From NCBI RefSeq assembly GCF_003334385.1, contig NZ_QOWN01000018.1: a DNA stretch of 64,000 bases. One strand, 5' to 3'. The notes under the pieces were generated by a model. It did not search any database and was not told the DNA's origin. It worked only from the letters and a program-made list of their open reading frames with translations. The DNA comes from Escherichia coli. GTDB taxonomy: Bacteria > Pseudomonadota > Gammaproteobacteria > Enterobacterales > Enterobacteriaceae. A program made the translations under genes and the position numbers. Of the stretch, positions 1 to 13,365 are shown piece after piece. Numbering within the stretch: position 1 is the first letter of the stretch; each line of letters opens with the position of its first letter.

Positions 1-533
1 TCGAGCATCGATTTATTTGAGCGCAAACGGCCCCAGGTTTGTAGCCAGTCAATCAGTGGATTATCGTTCGGGCGATAAACGCCAATACCCGGTTCCTGCA
101 TACCAAACTGCCGCGCACCCAGCTCCAGTGTCAGAAAATGGATGCCAACTAACAGGATGCCGCGTTTTTGCGCCTGCACGTCACGAATGTGTTCCATGCC
201 GATCACTTCCGTCCAGCGGGCGATTCGGCGGTCCGGCCAGAACCACGCCATGCCGGTTTCCATCAGGCCCATGCCAACGGATTCGAAATTCTTCACCACC
301 ATTTTACGGCGTTCTTGTTCGCTCATTTCCGGGAAGCACAGTTCCAGGTTGCGATGCACAATTTTTGCGCGTCGTTTCATAAAACGTAACGCCAGTTTTC
401 CTAATCCACAACCGAGGCGGTAGATAACCGGGTAGGGCAATTGCACGACTAACCAAAGTACGCCAATACCCAACCAGGTTAACCAATAACGCGGATGAAG
501 CAGTGCGGTGGAGAACTTGGGTAGATTCGTCAT
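1..533 (-). CDS. lpxL: Lipid A lauroyl acyltransferase LpxL (HtrB), N-terminal part; gene runs off the window start
   Basis: Minus-strand frame from ATG (complement of 531-533) translating [24 protein letters not shown]...; open to position 1. Confidence 0.85.
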
Positions 534-757
534 ATCAATCCTGTTTTTCAACCTATTCGGGCAATTGTATGTATTGTCGCATTTTTTCGCCCGCAACCAA
601 AATTTGTGGCTGAAGACTGGGCGAAATTGCCGCGCTTGTAAATAACAAATAATTTTTAATGCGCAAATGTAGCGTAAAATGTGTGGATGTTAATTATCGA
701 TAATTGCTATATCATGCCGCGGATTTTTACTTTCCCATCTCGCAGGAACCGTACACC

Positions 758-1810
758 ATGCCAGTGTTACACAACCGCATTTCCAACGACGCGCTAAAAG
801 CCAAAATGTTGGCTGAGAGCGAACCGCGAACCACCATTTCGTTTTACAAGTATTTCCACATCGCCGATCCTAAGGCGACCCGTGACGCTTTATATCAGCT
901 GTTTACCGCGCTGAATGTTTTTGGGCGAGTGTATCTGGCGCATGAGGGCATTAACGCGCAAATCAGCGTACCTGCGAGCAATGTTGAAACATTTCGCGCG
1001 CAGCTCTATGCCTTCGACCCGGCTTTAGAGGGTTTACGCCTGAATATCGCGTTGGATGATGACGGGAAATCCTTCTGGGTACTGCGCATGAAGGTACGCG
1101 ATCGCATTGTTGCCGACGGTATTGACGATCCTCACTTTGATGCCAGCAATGTTGGTGAGTATCTGCAAGCGGCGGAAGTGAACGCCATGCTTGACGATCC
1201 CGATGCACTATTTATCGACATGCGTAACCACTATGAGTATGAAGTGGGGCACTTTGAAAACGCGCTCGAAATTCTGGCAGATACCTTCCGTGAGCAGCTG
1301 CCAAAAGCAGTCGAGATGATGCAGGCACATAAAGATAAAAAAATCGTCATGTACTGCACCGGCGGCATTCGTTGTGAAAAGGCCAGTGCCTGGATGAAAC
1401 ATAACGGATTCAACAAAGTCTGGCATATCGAGGGCGGAATTATTGAATACGCCCGTAAGGCGCGCGAGCAGGGCTTGCCGGTGCGTTTTATTGGCAAAAA
1501 TTTTGTTTTTGACGAGCGGATGGGCGAACGTATATCGGATGAGATTATCGCGCATTGCCACCAGTGCGGCGCGCCGTGCGACAGCCATACCAACTGTAAA
1601 AATGATGGCTGCCACCTGCTGTTTATTCAGTGTCCAGTATGCGCGGAAAAATACAAAGGTTGTTGTAGTGAGATTTGCTGCGAAGAAAGCGCGTTACCGC
1701 CAGAAGAACAGCGACGCCGTCGGGCAGGACGTGAAAATGGCAATAAGATCTTTAATAAGTCTCGTGGACGTCTGAATACAACACTGTGCATTCCTGATCC
1801 AACAGAATAA
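758..1810 (+). CDS. trhO: tRNA uridine(34) hydroxylase, rhodanese-domain protein (YceA)
   Basis: ORF track 704..1810; start placed at internal ATG 758 ([16 protein letters not shown]...), 350 aa; Cys-rich C-terminus. Confidence 0.85.
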   Translation: MPVLHNRISNDALKAKMLAESEPRTTISFYKYFHIADPKATRDALYQLFTALNVFGRVYLAHEGINAQISVPASNVETFRAQLYAFDPALEGLRLNIALDDDGKSFWVLRMKVRDRIVADGIDDPHFDASNVGEYLQAAEVNAMLDDPDALFIDMRNHYEYEVGHFENALEILADTFREQLPKAVEMMQAHKDKKIVMYCTGGIRCEKASAWMKHNGFNKVWHIEGGIIEYARKAREQGLPVRFIGKNFVFDERMGERISDEIIAHCHQCGAPCDSHTNCKNDGCHLLFIQCPVCAEKYKGCCSEICCEESALPPEEQRRRRAGRENGNKIFNKSRGRLNTTLCIPDPTE

Positions 1811-1818
1811 ATATCATT

Positions 1819-1839
1819 GCCGGATGCGTGCCATCCGGC
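1819..1839. terminator. Palindromic hairpin (GCCGGATG-N5-CATCCGGC) between convergent trhO and yceI
   Basis: 8-bp perfect inverted repeat read from sequence; weak flanking T/A tracts. Confidence 0.4.
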
Positions 1840-1851
1840 AACATTTCACGC

Positions 1852-2427
1852 TTACTTCTGCTGTACGCCTTCCACTGAAATAATCAGATCCACTTCCTGA
1901 GAAGCTGGACCTAAATCTGTCTTGATATTGAAGTCCTTGAGCTTAATTTTGCCTTCGGCCTCGAAGCCTGCACGTTTACCACCCCATGGGTCGTCGCCCT
2001 GACCAATTAATTTCGCTTCCAGCGTGACGGGTTTGGTTACGCCATTCAGCGTCAGATCGCCGGTAATATCCAGTTCGTCACCGTCTTTCTTCACGCTGGT
2101 GGAGGTGAATGTTGCCTGTGGATATTTTGCGGTATTGAGGAAATCTGCACTGCGAAGATGTTTATCGCGTTCGGCGTGATTAGTATCGACGCTGGTGGTG
2201 TTAATTGTCACATTCACTTTATCGGCAGCCGGATTTTTTTCGTCAAAGGTAAAAGTACCGTCGAAATCTTTAAAGGTGCCGTATAACCAGCTATAGCCAA
2301 GGTGCTGGATGCGGAAATTAACAAAGGCGTGCTGACCTTCTTTGTCAATTTTGTAATCGGCGGCAACCGCTGAACCGGCAGAGAACATCAGGGACGCGAA
2401 GGTTAAACCAAGCAGGCTTTTTTTCAT
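1852..2427 (-). CDS. yceI: YceI-family periplasmic polyisoprenoid-binding protein
   Basis: ORF track 191 aa with N-terminal signal peptide [22 protein letters not shown]. Confidence 0.9.
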
Positions 2428-2430
2428 TTT

Positions 2431-2997
2431 TTATACTCCATAGTCAGATGACGACTTTCCCAGCATGCGCTTCAGAGTGTCGTCTTTATCGATGAAATGA
2501 TGCTTCAGGGCCATAAATCCGTGCATAACGGACAGTACTACGACGCTCCACGCGAGCCAAAAATGCAGGGCACCGGCAAAGTCTGCCTGTGCGCCAGCGT
2601 CGGCAAGGGTCGCGGGGACGTCAAACCAGCCAAAAACGCTGATCGGTTTACCATCGGCAGTTGAGATCAGATAGCCGCTGATGCCGATGGCGAAAAGCAA
2701 TAGGTACAATGCGAGATGTCCAGCTCTTGCGGCAAGACGAGTCATGGGGGAATAACTCGGCAGCGGACCCGGCGGTGGAGATATGACACGCCACAGAACG
2801 CGAATAACCAGCCCCATCATTAACAAAATACCGATGCTTTTATGCAGTTCGGGTGCTTTGTGATACCAGCCATCGTAATAACTGAGCGTGACCATCCACA
2901 GACCTAAAGCAAACATGCCGTAGACAATAATTGCGCTTAGCCAATGGAAGGCCGCAGATATAACACCATAGCGTTCAGGGGTATTTGTGAATGACAT
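2431..2997 (-). CDS. yceJ: Cytochrome b561-family inner membrane protein
   Basis: ORF track 2431..3072; start placed at ATG 2997 (MSFTNTPERYGVISAAFHWL...), 188 aa, hydrophobic with conserved His. Confidence 0.85.
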   Translation of the reverse strand: MSFTNTPERYGVISAAFHWLSAIIVYGMFALGLWMVTLSYYDGWYHKAPELHKSIGILLMMGLVIRVLWRVISPPPGPLPSYSPMTRLAARAGHLALYLLLFAIGISGYLISTADGKPISVFGWFDVPATLADAGAQADFAGALHFWLAWSVVVLSVMHGFMALKHHFIDKDDTLKRMLGKSSSDYGV

Positions 2998-3257
2998 AAG
3001 TGCATCCAAAACGAATTTGCGAGAGAAAGAAAATGGCGTGTCGGAGAATGAATTGCAACACAAAAATAACAAATTGAATGATATTTATTTTTATTTCAAT
3101 AATTTTGAATTAATAATGAAAGAATCTTCATAAGTTTAGTGGGTTCAGCATCAGAGATGTCTGGTGAGTGCTGTAGAAGCAGGAATAATCTCATTCAATT
3201 TTTCACGCTAAATGAAAGGGAGATTAAATATTTGTCAGTTTATGTCAGTGCGGAAAA

Positions 3258-3371
3258 CTAAAAATAAAACACATAGATCAGATCCATAATTGCCAACAAT
3301 CCCCAGAGAAAAAGATAAAGCATCAGATGCTCGCGAATATTATTGATGAGATAGTGCAACAGCCGACGCAT
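3258..3371 (-). CDS. yceO: Small hydrophobic protein, 37 aa as read here
   Basis: Hand-translated minus [40 protein letters not shown], below the ORF-track length cut-off; in-frame stop immediately upstream of the ATG. Confidence 0.45.
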
Positions 3372-3418
3372 TAAATACTCCTGTAAAAACGGCCTCATTC
3401 TGGAGGCCGTAATGATGA

Positions 3419-4537
3419 TTATTGGAAGCGGGAAAGCCTGAATGGCGTCAAATCAAAATCGCTTTTTTTGTCTTGCGCAAAATCGGCAGCTATTTCCCCT
3501 AAAACTGACGCAAATTTAAAACCGTGCCCACTCAGGCCGGTAATGAGCAGTGTATTATCGTGGCCGGGTAGGGTATCGATAATAAAATCTTCGTCAGGCG
3601 AATTATCATAGGTGCAGGCAGCGCCGTACAGGCAGCAACCGATACCCGGCAATACATTGCGCAAGAACGGGAAGGCTTCTGACCCATCACTGGCCACTTC
3701 CGCAAACGGAACACGTTCATCCGCTGAATGGATAACCTGGCCTCCGTTATGTTTGCCAATCTTCAACGCGTCGTTTTCTGCCGGAAAACCATAATATTGA
3801 TCGCCATTGGGCAGTTCACCGGTAAACGCCGGGAATTTATTCTTCACGCTATAGCGGCCATCGGCCTGATACCAGGCAAATACTTTGCGTACGGGCTGGA
3901 CAGGCAGCTCCGGGAGCAGGTCTTTTACCCATGTTCCCGCGCAGACAATCGCTTTTTTCGCCTGATACTCACCGTCAGCCGTTTCAATAGTTACGCCATC
4001 ATCGTCATGACGAATTGCGGTGACCGGGCAGTTGAACAGTTGCGCACAGCCCGCTTCCTTCGCCAGTTGGATCCAGGTTTTAATCGCCAGTTCGCTGCGC
4101 AAAAAACCGGAATCAGTTTCAAATAAGCCGATGTAGTTGTCCGGGACGCGTATTTCCGGCCAGCGGGCCATAATCCCTTGCGCATCGAGCTTTTCAACGT
4201 TGAGTTGCCATTGTTCGGCGCTGTGGGCGACGTTGGCGAGAAATGTGGAATCAGCCGGGCCAAGGTTAATGACGCCAGAGCGTACAAAAATGGGATCTTC
4301 TTCGTTGTGGCGGGAGAGTTCATCCCACAGCGTTTGCGCGCGGAGGACCAGCGGGACATACTTTTCGCCTTCACCATAAGCATGGCGAATTAATCGCGTA
4401 TCGCCGTGGTGGCTGCCGTGTTGATGCGGTGGCATATGGGCGTCGGTCATTAGCACGTTTAAACCGGCGCGGGTTGCATAATACCCGGCGGCAGCGCCTA
4501 CGGAACCGCTGCCAATAATGATGAGATCGTATTTCAT
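3419..4537 (-). CDS. solA: N-methyl-L-tryptophan oxidase (FAD-dependent)
   Basis: ORF track 372 aa; N-terminal dinucleotide-binding motif [12 protein letters not shown]. Confidence 0.95.
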
Positions 4538-4607
4538 TTTTTTCTCTCTGCTCTCATGGTTTAAGCAGAGTAATTAACTGAATGCAGATATACAACCCAG
4601 AAATGGT

Positions 4608-4631
4608 AAAGGCACCGGTGAGGTGCCTTTT
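4608..4631. terminator. Hairpin GGCACC-N5-GGTGCC flanked by A and T tracts, downstream of bssS
   Basis: Inverted repeat with A-tract upstream and TTTT downstream on plus strand; could act in both directions. Confidence 0.45.
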
Positions 4632-4651
4632 GGGTGGATGGTCATGTCATG

Positions 4652-4906
4652 TTAATGACGCCGATACTCGTTTACCTGGAAATCACCGGATTCAATTTTG
4701 GCGATTCCTGCTTCTAATATCGAAATAAATTGTCTGGCAACATCAGTGGTTAACCAGAGCGTCTGACCAACTTCAGTCCCTTCCTGCTCGGACTTATTTG
4801 GGGTCTGGTAGTGCAAACGCAACATCAGCGCATCATAACTATCAACGGTGCTGATGTCCCACCCTACGAGCGGATGAGTCTGAATGACTTCATTATTTTT
4901 TTCCAT
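4652..4906 (-). CDS. bssS: Biofilm regulator BssS
   Basis: ORF track 4652..4909; start placed at second ATG (MEKNNEVIQTHPLVGW...), 84 aa. Confidence 0.85.
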   Translation of the reverse strand: MEKNNEVIQTHPLVGWDISTVDSYDALMLRLHYQTPNKSEQEGTEVGQTLWLTTDVARQFISILEAGIAKIESGDFQVNEYRRH

Positions 4907-5151
4907 CATGGCCCCCTAATTCGTGTTACTAGACAACGTTATTCGAGGTTCAATGCGTTTTTATCTGAAGCAACTTCAGTATACCAATAAGTAAGGGTAT
5001 TCACCGAATTTTTAAAGGGGGAAACAGATAAATTTCTGCTTTTAAGATTTATATGAACAATAAAACAGCATGTCATTCATATTTTTTTAGCATATTGTGC
5101 AATTATTTTGAGGAAGTGTAGAAATTTTGTACTCAAAATTCGTAAGTAAAA

Positions 5152-5183
5152 TAAAAAAGCCGGGGCGACCCGGCAAAAAAAAA
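5152..5183 (-). terminator. Rho-independent terminator of dinI
   Basis: Hairpin GCCGGG-GCGA-CCCGGC with A-tracts on both sides on plus strand (U-tract after the hairpin on the minus transcript), 11 nt past the dinI stop. Confidence 0.6.
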
Positions 5184-5193
5184 TCACTGCATA

Positions 5194-5439
5194 TTATTCG
5201 CTGACAAACCAGTCATCGGCGCTTTCCCACGTTTCCTGGAGAATTTCACTAATGCGCTGTTTATCTTCTTTTGTCGCGCCAATAACCGATAAATTATTCG
5301 CTGCGGCATAACGTACCGATACGTGGCCTTCATTATCAGGAAACGCATACTGAATACGGCGGGAAAGTTCGCCAGCCAGGGCGTCAATAGCCCCAGCTGG
5401 CAATGGAGAAGTTTTCGCTATGGTGACTTCAATTCGCAT
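5194..5439 (-). CDS. dinI: DNA damage-inducible protein I
   Basis: 81-aa frame MRIEVTIAKTSPLPAGAIDALAGELSRR... inside ORF 5194..5571; SD AGGGGG upstream. Confidence 0.9.
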   Translation of the reverse strand: MRIEVTIAKTSPLPAGAIDALAGELSRRIQYAFPDNEGHVSVRYAAANNLSVIGATKEDKQRISEILQETWESADDWFVSE

Positions 5440-5458
5440 AATAGCCCCCTGTTGAATA

Positions 5459-5478
5459 TACTGGTTATTTATACAGGT
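5459..5478 (-). promoter_or_regulatory. LexA (SOS) box upstream of dinI
   Basis: Plus strand TACTGGTTATTTATACAGGT, minus strand ACCTGTATAAATAACCAGTA; fits CTGT-N8-ACAG with one half-site CCAG. Confidence 0.75.
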
Positions 5479-5512
5479 AAAATAACCTAATGACAACAGG
5501 AAGCTACGATTT

Positions 5513-6559
5513 TTATTGTTTAACGGACCAGCGTACCGTTTCCCCGGCGAGGAATGGCACCAGCGTGTCATCAGTCAGTGCGATGCTTTCAGCAACCTGT
5601 TGCTCTTCACGTACCAGTTCGATGAATGTGTCGTTGACCGGCAACCCATAGAACTGCGGGCCGTTTACAGAACAGAATGCTTCAAAGTGCTGCAAAGCAT
5701 TCATTTCTTCAAAGACGGTAGCGTAACTGCCCAGCGCGGTTGGGGCGTTGAAGCAGCCCGCGCAGCCGCAACTGCTCTCTTTGCGATGACGTGCATGTGG
5801 CGCAGAATCCGTACCGAGGAATACTCGATTAAAACCGCTGGCGACCAGTTCACGCAATGCCTGTTGGTGAATATTACGTTTGAGGATGGGTAGACAATAC
5901 AGGTGCGGACGCACGCCTCCAACCAGCATATGGTTGCGGTTAAACATCAGATGCTGCGGAGTGATGGTGGCAGCCAGCCGTTCATTTCCGTCACGGACAT
6001 AGTCGGCAGCATCTTTGGTGGTGATGTGCTCAAAAACGACTTTCAGCGCAGTCAGGCGCTGGCGCAGAGGTTCCATCACGCTTTCTATAAAGCGCGCTTC
6101 ACGATCAAAAATGTCGATATCTGCATGTGTCACTTCACCATGCACCAGTAGCGGCATACCGATTTTTTCCATGCGCTCAAGTACCGGCATGATTGCGTCA
6201 ATTGACGTCACGCCGTGGCTGGAGTTAGTGGTTGCGTTTGCCGGGTAAAGTTTTGCAGCGGTGAACACGCCTTCGTTAAATCCGCGCTCCAGCTCATTAG
6301 GATCCAGCGAATCTGTTAAATAACAGGTCATCAATGGGGTGAAATCGTGCCCGGCAGGTACGGCGTCAAGAATACGCTGGCGATACGCCACGGCAGCCTC
6401 AACGGTGGTCACGGGCGGAGCCAGATTGGGCATTACGATAGCCCGTCCATAAATTTCGCTGGTATATGGCACGACAGTTTTTAACATGTCGCCATCGCGG
6501 AGGTGAAGGTGCCAGTCGTCTGGGCGGCGGATCTTTAATACCTGGGATGGTGCAGTCAT
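5513..6559 (-). CDS. pyrC: Dihydroorotase
   Basis: ORF track 348 aa; HxH metal-binding motif DWHLHLRDG near N-terminus. Confidence 0.95.
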
Positions 6560-6610
6560 TAATCTCTATGCTCCGGCTGAAGGGATGTTTTTGCCGGACA
6601 CAAAGGATAA

Positions 6611-6626
6611 GCGGAAACGTTTTCCT
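6611..6626 (-). promoter_or_regulatory. Candidate PurR operator in the pyrC leader
   Basis: GCGGAAACGTTTTCCT, near-palindromic, 13 of 16 matches to the PurR box as recalled; about 55 bp upstream of the pyrC ATG. Confidence 0.5.
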
Positions 6627-6633
6627 TTGCACG

Positions 6634-6659
6634 AAAAATAAAGGGCGCGAATGCGCCCT
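6634..6659 (-). terminator. Rho-independent terminator of yceB
   Basis: Hairpin AGGGCGC-GAAT-GCGCCCT with adjacent A-tract on plus strand (U-tract on the minus transcript). Confidence 0.6.
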
Positions 6660-6664
6660 CGTGA

Positions 6665-7225
6665 TTAATCAGTAAATGGAATGACAATTTCGCCTGGCTT
6701 CACTTCAATGCCTTTCGCCAGTTTTTTCGCCATTGCTTCGCCCTGGCTGCCATCTTCGCGCAGGACGTAAGCAGGTTGCTGGTTAAAGTAATTGCGTAAT
6801 GCCTGGTTCAAATAGGGAAGCAACGTTTGCATCACCGTTTGCATTTTTTCCGGTTGTACCGTCGCATCGACCACTTCCATCTCTTTCAGGAAGATCGCAC
6901 CTTTTTCTTTATCAAACACGGGCAGCGCTTTCAGCTTCAGTTTCATGGTCGCTTTCTGACTACCGAACAGGGAGTTCATGTCCAGATTGGCGTCTCCGGT
7001 TAGGGTAACCTTATTCGGCTCTTCGCGACCAATTTGGCTGGTCAGGTTTGTCAGAACAATATGGGCGTCAGCCACGCCGGGTAAACCGATATCTTTTGAG
7101 AAATTATTATGTTTCGCAAGCGACTGGTTAATTTCTTGTTCGGTGATGGTGTATTGGGTGAGTTGATTACAGCCAACGAGCAGGCCACTGACGATCAATG
7201 CAGCGGCAAATAAAAACTTGTTCAT
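6665..7225 (-). CDS. yceB: DUF1439-family lipoprotein
   Basis: ORF track 6665..7426; start placed at ATG 7225 giving MNKFLFAAALIVSGLLVGC lipobox signal, 186 aa. Confidence 0.85.
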   Translation of the reverse strand: MNKFLFAAALIVSGLLVGCNQLTQYTITEQEINQSLAKHNNFSKDIGLPGVADAHIVLTNLTSQIGREEPNKVTLTGDANLDMNSLFGSQKATMKLKLKALPVFDKEKGAIFLKEMEVVDATVQPEKMQTVMQTLLPYLNQALRNYFNQQPAYVLREDGSQGEAMAKKLAKGIEVKPGEIVIPFTD

Positions 7226-7358
7226 GGTAGTCCTCGACATGAAATCTGCGTCAATATCCTGACACAACGCAGCATGTGTCACCAGCGATAAACTCGCCAG
7301 CAGAAAAAACTGAAAACGGCGGCAACCCGCGAATACAGGCTGCCGCGGCGGGTCAGGA

Positions 7359-8006
7359 TTAAATCGCCATTGATGATAACAAATTGATTTGTGTCTGTTT
7401 CGCCATATTATCGCGGTAATCAGCAACGCGGCTTGGCCAGTTAATTCCGGCTACCAGCGTCAGATTACGCAGTAGCGGGAATAGCTGAATATCATCTTCC
7501 GAAAGTTCGCCATTCACGGCGTTCGGTTTGACGATCAGTTTGTCCAGCGCACGTAAATCATCGCTGATATTCTTAATCAGACCGTCAGAGTGGGCCAGCA
7601 GGTCGGCAAAATTACCCGCGCTGGCCTCTTTCTTGTCGACGAAATATTTGCGCGCGGCGGGAGTAGAAAACTCATCAAATGCCGATTTGGCAAAACGCGG
7701 CAACAGCAGTTTGTTGGCGTAGCCATTGACCTTGCGCAGCCACTCTTCAATGGCAGGGGAACGTTTGCCGGTCAGTAACGGTTTGCCGTCGAGTTTATCG
7801 ACATAGTGAACGATGTCCATGCTTTCTGGCATATAGCGGCTGTCATCTTTTTGCAGAATGGGAACCTGTTTTTGACCGACCATCCGGGTGGGTGTTTCTG
7901 CGTCGTCGTTGAGCAGAACATGTAATTCGACGGGGATATTTTTCAGGCCGAAAATCATGCGGGCTTTGAGGCAGTAAGGGCAGTGATCGTAAATGTATAG
8001 CTTCAC
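7359..8006 (-). CDS. grxB: Glutaredoxin 2
   Basis: ORF track 215 aa; CPYC active site (MKLYIYDHCPYCLKAR...). Confidence 0.95.
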   Translation of the reverse strand: MKLYIYDHCPYCLKARMIFGLKNIPVELHVLLNDDAETPTRMVGQKQVPILQKDDSRYMPESMDIVHYVDKLDGKPLLTGKRSPAIEEWLRKVNGYANKLLLPRFAKSAFDEFSTPAARKYFVDKKEASAGNFADLLAHSDGLIKNISDDLRALDKLIVKPNAVNGELSEDDIQLFPLLRNLTLVAGINWPSRVADYRDNMAKQTQINLLSSMAI

Positions 8007-8069
8007 GTGACTCCTCCATTTGGCTGTCAGTTCACTTTCAGTATGGAGGAGTCAGGGGGGAGTATCAAA

Positions 8070-9278
8070 TCAGGCGTCGCGTTCAAGCAAACGACGCGCG
8101 GCGCGTTTCTGGCTAAACTGCCAACCCAGCGCAAGGAAAGTGAAGATGCCAATAATGCCCAGCATCATCCACGGAAGCTCTGGCTGGTGCGCCGATTTGC
8201 CCAGGTCAAACAGCCAGCCGCCACCGATATAACCAATAGCGCCGCCAATCGCCAGACCCAGACGGCTAAACCCCATATAGCTGCCGCGAGCTCTTGCGTC
8301 CGCCAGCGAAGCACTTAAGGTTTCACGCGCAGGCTCGGCAATGATCGACCCGATATAAAACAGACAAATCAGGGTGAAAAGTTGTTGCAGGCCGCTGACC
8401 ATGCCCACCGGCATCATGCTAAATGACATTATCAACAGCCCAGCCATCAACCGGTGTTCCAGACGAAAATGCTTTTCACTCCAGCGGGCGATAGGGTAGA
8501 GCAACGTTAACGACAGACACGCTTCAATGGCATACATCCATTTAACGGCAGAGGGCGCGCCAGCCACGTCGTTGACCATAATTGGCAGCATCAGCATCAC
8601 TTGTACAGCCAGCATGTAGTAACCCGCCAGCGTCAGAACATAGGTGACAAAACGCTTGTCACGCATCACGCGGGTCATGCCTTCGCGAACGGGCGTGCGT
8701 ACGGTGGAGAGTTTCCATGCTGGTAACAACCACGCATTGAACGCCGCACATAGCACAAATAGAACTGCCCCTGTGGCGCAGACCAGGCGAAAGTCGTATT
8801 GCAACAGCCAGCTCCCCAACAATGCGCCAATGACCGCACCGGCACTGTCCTGCATCATCAACAGCGAGAAAAAACGACCACGCTGCTGTGGACGGATTAA
8901 TTTCACCACCAGCGCCGAACGCGGCGGATCAAACAACGTGCCACCGAGTCCCGAGAGCAGGCATGAAAACCACAATAGCCACGGTTCGTGGGCGATACCC
9001 ATTGTGGCGAATCCGGCGGCGCGCATCAGCATACCGGTAACAATCATCGGTTTGGCACCAAAGCGGTCGGCAATTGCACCGCCGAAAATACCCAGACCTT
9101 GCTGAATAAATTGGCGTAGACCGAGAGCAATACCGACCATGACGGCGGCCCAGCCCATTTGATCAACGAAGCGGATAGAGATCAGCGGGAAGACAACAAA
9201 GAACCCCAGCACGACCAGCATATTATCGATGAGCAGGAAATATTTACCCAGGTTCCTCGCCTGCGACACGCGGGACAT
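8070..9278 (-). CDS. mdtH: MFS multidrug efflux transporter MdtH
   Basis: ORF track 8070..9308; start placed at ATG 9278 ([27 protein letters not shown]...), 402 aa, polytopic membrane protein. Confidence 0.9.
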   Translation of the reverse strand: MSRVSQARNLGKYFLLIDNMLVVLGFFVVFPLISIRFVDQMGWAAVMVGIALGLRQFIQQGLGIFGGAIADRFGAKPMIVTGMLMRAAGFATMGIAHEPWLLWFSCLLSGLGGTLFDPPRSALVVKLIRPQQRGRFFSLLMMQDSAGAVIGALLGSWLLQYDFRLVCATGAVLFVLCAAFNAWLLPAWKLSTVRTPVREGMTRVMRDKRFVTYVLTLAGYYMLAVQVMLMLPIMVNDVAGAPSAVKWMYAIEACLSLTLLYPIARWSEKHFRLEHRLMAGLLIMSFSMMPVGMVSGLQQLFTLICLFYIGSIIAEPARETLSASLADARARGSYMGFSRLGLAIGGAIGYIGGGWLFDLGKSAHQPELPWMMLGIIGIFTFLALGWQFSQKRAARRLLERDA

Positions 9279-9513
9279 TTCCCCTCCCGGGAAATAAAAG
9301 ATGAGCACTTTCTATTCTGCATTGCCGCTAAGACTTTTCCCATCACTTCGGGGACAATATTTTTTTATCAAAACGTCGCTTTGATAGAGAGTTTTTATCA
9401 AATATGTGAATAATGCAGAAAATGGCATTTTGGACTTTTCACAGGGTCTGGTTGCGCAGGTATAGTAATACTTACAGCGTATTAAAGACGTTACGGGAAG
9501 GAGTAGGTATAGA

Positions 9514-10756
<1,243 letters not shown>

Positions 10757-10757
10757 A

Positions 10758-11681
10758 GTGAAAAAATTACGTATCGGCGTAGTGGGATTAGGTGGCATTG
10801 CGCAAAAAGCGTGGTTACCGGTGCTGGCGGCAGCGTCTGACTGGACGTTACAAGGAGCCTGGTCGCCTACGCGCGCGAAAGCCCTGCCAATTTGTGAAAG
10901 CTGGCGCATTCCTTATGCCGATTCGGTATCCAGCCTTGCCGCCAGTTGCGATGCGGTTTTTGTGCATTCCAGCACCGCCAGCCACTTTGACGTGGTCAGT
11001 ACGTTACTCAATGCGGGGGTACATGTCTGTGTCGATAAACCGCTGGCAGAAAATCTGCGCGATGCTGAACGGCTGGTGGAACTGGCGGCGCGGAAAAAAC
11101 TGACGTTGATGGTCGGTTTTAACCGTCGTTTCGCACCACTCTACGGTGAGTTAAAAACGCAACTCGCCACCGCAGCCTCGCTAAGAATGGATAAACATCG
11201 TAGCAATAGCGTCGGGCCACACGATCTTTATTTCACGTTGCTGGATGATTATCTGCATGTGGTGGATACCGCGCTGTGGTTGTCGGGCGGCAAAGCCTCT
11301 CTGGATGGCGGTACGCTACTGACTAACGACGCTGGCGAAATGCTGTTTGCCGAGCACCATTTTTCGGCTGGTCCTTTGCAGATCACCACCTGTATGCATC
11401 GCCGTGCCGGAAGTCAGCGTGAAACCGTGCAGGCCGTGACTGACGGTGCGCTCATCGACATTACGGATATGCGCGAATGGCGTGAGGAGCGCGGGCAGGG
11501 CGTAGTGCATAAACCGATTCCTGGTTGGCAGAGTACGCTTGAGCAACGTGGGTTTGTCGGCTGTGCGCGGCACTTCATTGAATGTGTGCAAAACCAGACA
11601 GTTCCGCAAACCGCCGGCGAACAGGCCGTGCTGGCGCAACGTATCGTTGACAAGATCTGGCGCGATGCGATGAGTGAATAA
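10758..11681 (+). CDS. yceM: Gfo/Idh/MocA-family oxidoreductase (YceM/MviM)
   Basis: ORF track 10725..11681; start placed at GTG 10758 (MKKLRIGVVGLGGIAQKAW, Rossmann motif), 307 aa; 1-nt gap after the yceH stop. Confidence 0.85.
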   Translation: MKKLRIGVVGLGGIAQKAWLPVLAAASDWTLQGAWSPTRAKALPICESWRIPYADSVSSLAASCDAVFVHSSTASHFDVVSTLLNAGVHVCVDKPLAENLRDAERLVELAARKKLTLMVGFNRRFAPLYGELKTQLATAASLRMDKHRSNSVGPHDLYFTLLDDYLHVVDTALWLSGGKASLDGGTLLTNDAGEMLFAEHHFSAGPLQITTCMHRRAGSQRETVQAVTDGALIDITDMREWREERGQGVVHKPIPGWQSTLEQRGFVGCARHFIECVQNQTVPQTAGEQAVLAQRIVDKIWRDAMSE

Positions 11682-11703
11682 ACCCTGTAACATCTGGCGG
11701 TAG

Positions 11704-13326
<1,623 letters not shown>

Positions 13327-13334
13327 CAATGCAT

Positions 13335-13357
13335 TCCGGCCTGCAGTGCAGGCCGGA
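13335..13357. terminator. Hairpin between convergent murJ and flgN
   Basis: TCCGGCCTGCA / TGCAGGCCGGA inverted repeat; no strong T-tract. Confidence 0.4.
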
Positions 13358-13365
13358 GATAATCT

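Noticed and set aside
3073-3257. AT-rich 260-bp spacer upstream of yceJ as a possible horizontally acquired fragment
   Set aside because: Too short, with no flanking repeats or mobility genes; AT-rich promoter spacers of this size are normal in E. coli.
8644-9105. 153-aa plus-strand ORF
   Set aside because: Antisense to mdtH; shadow ORF.
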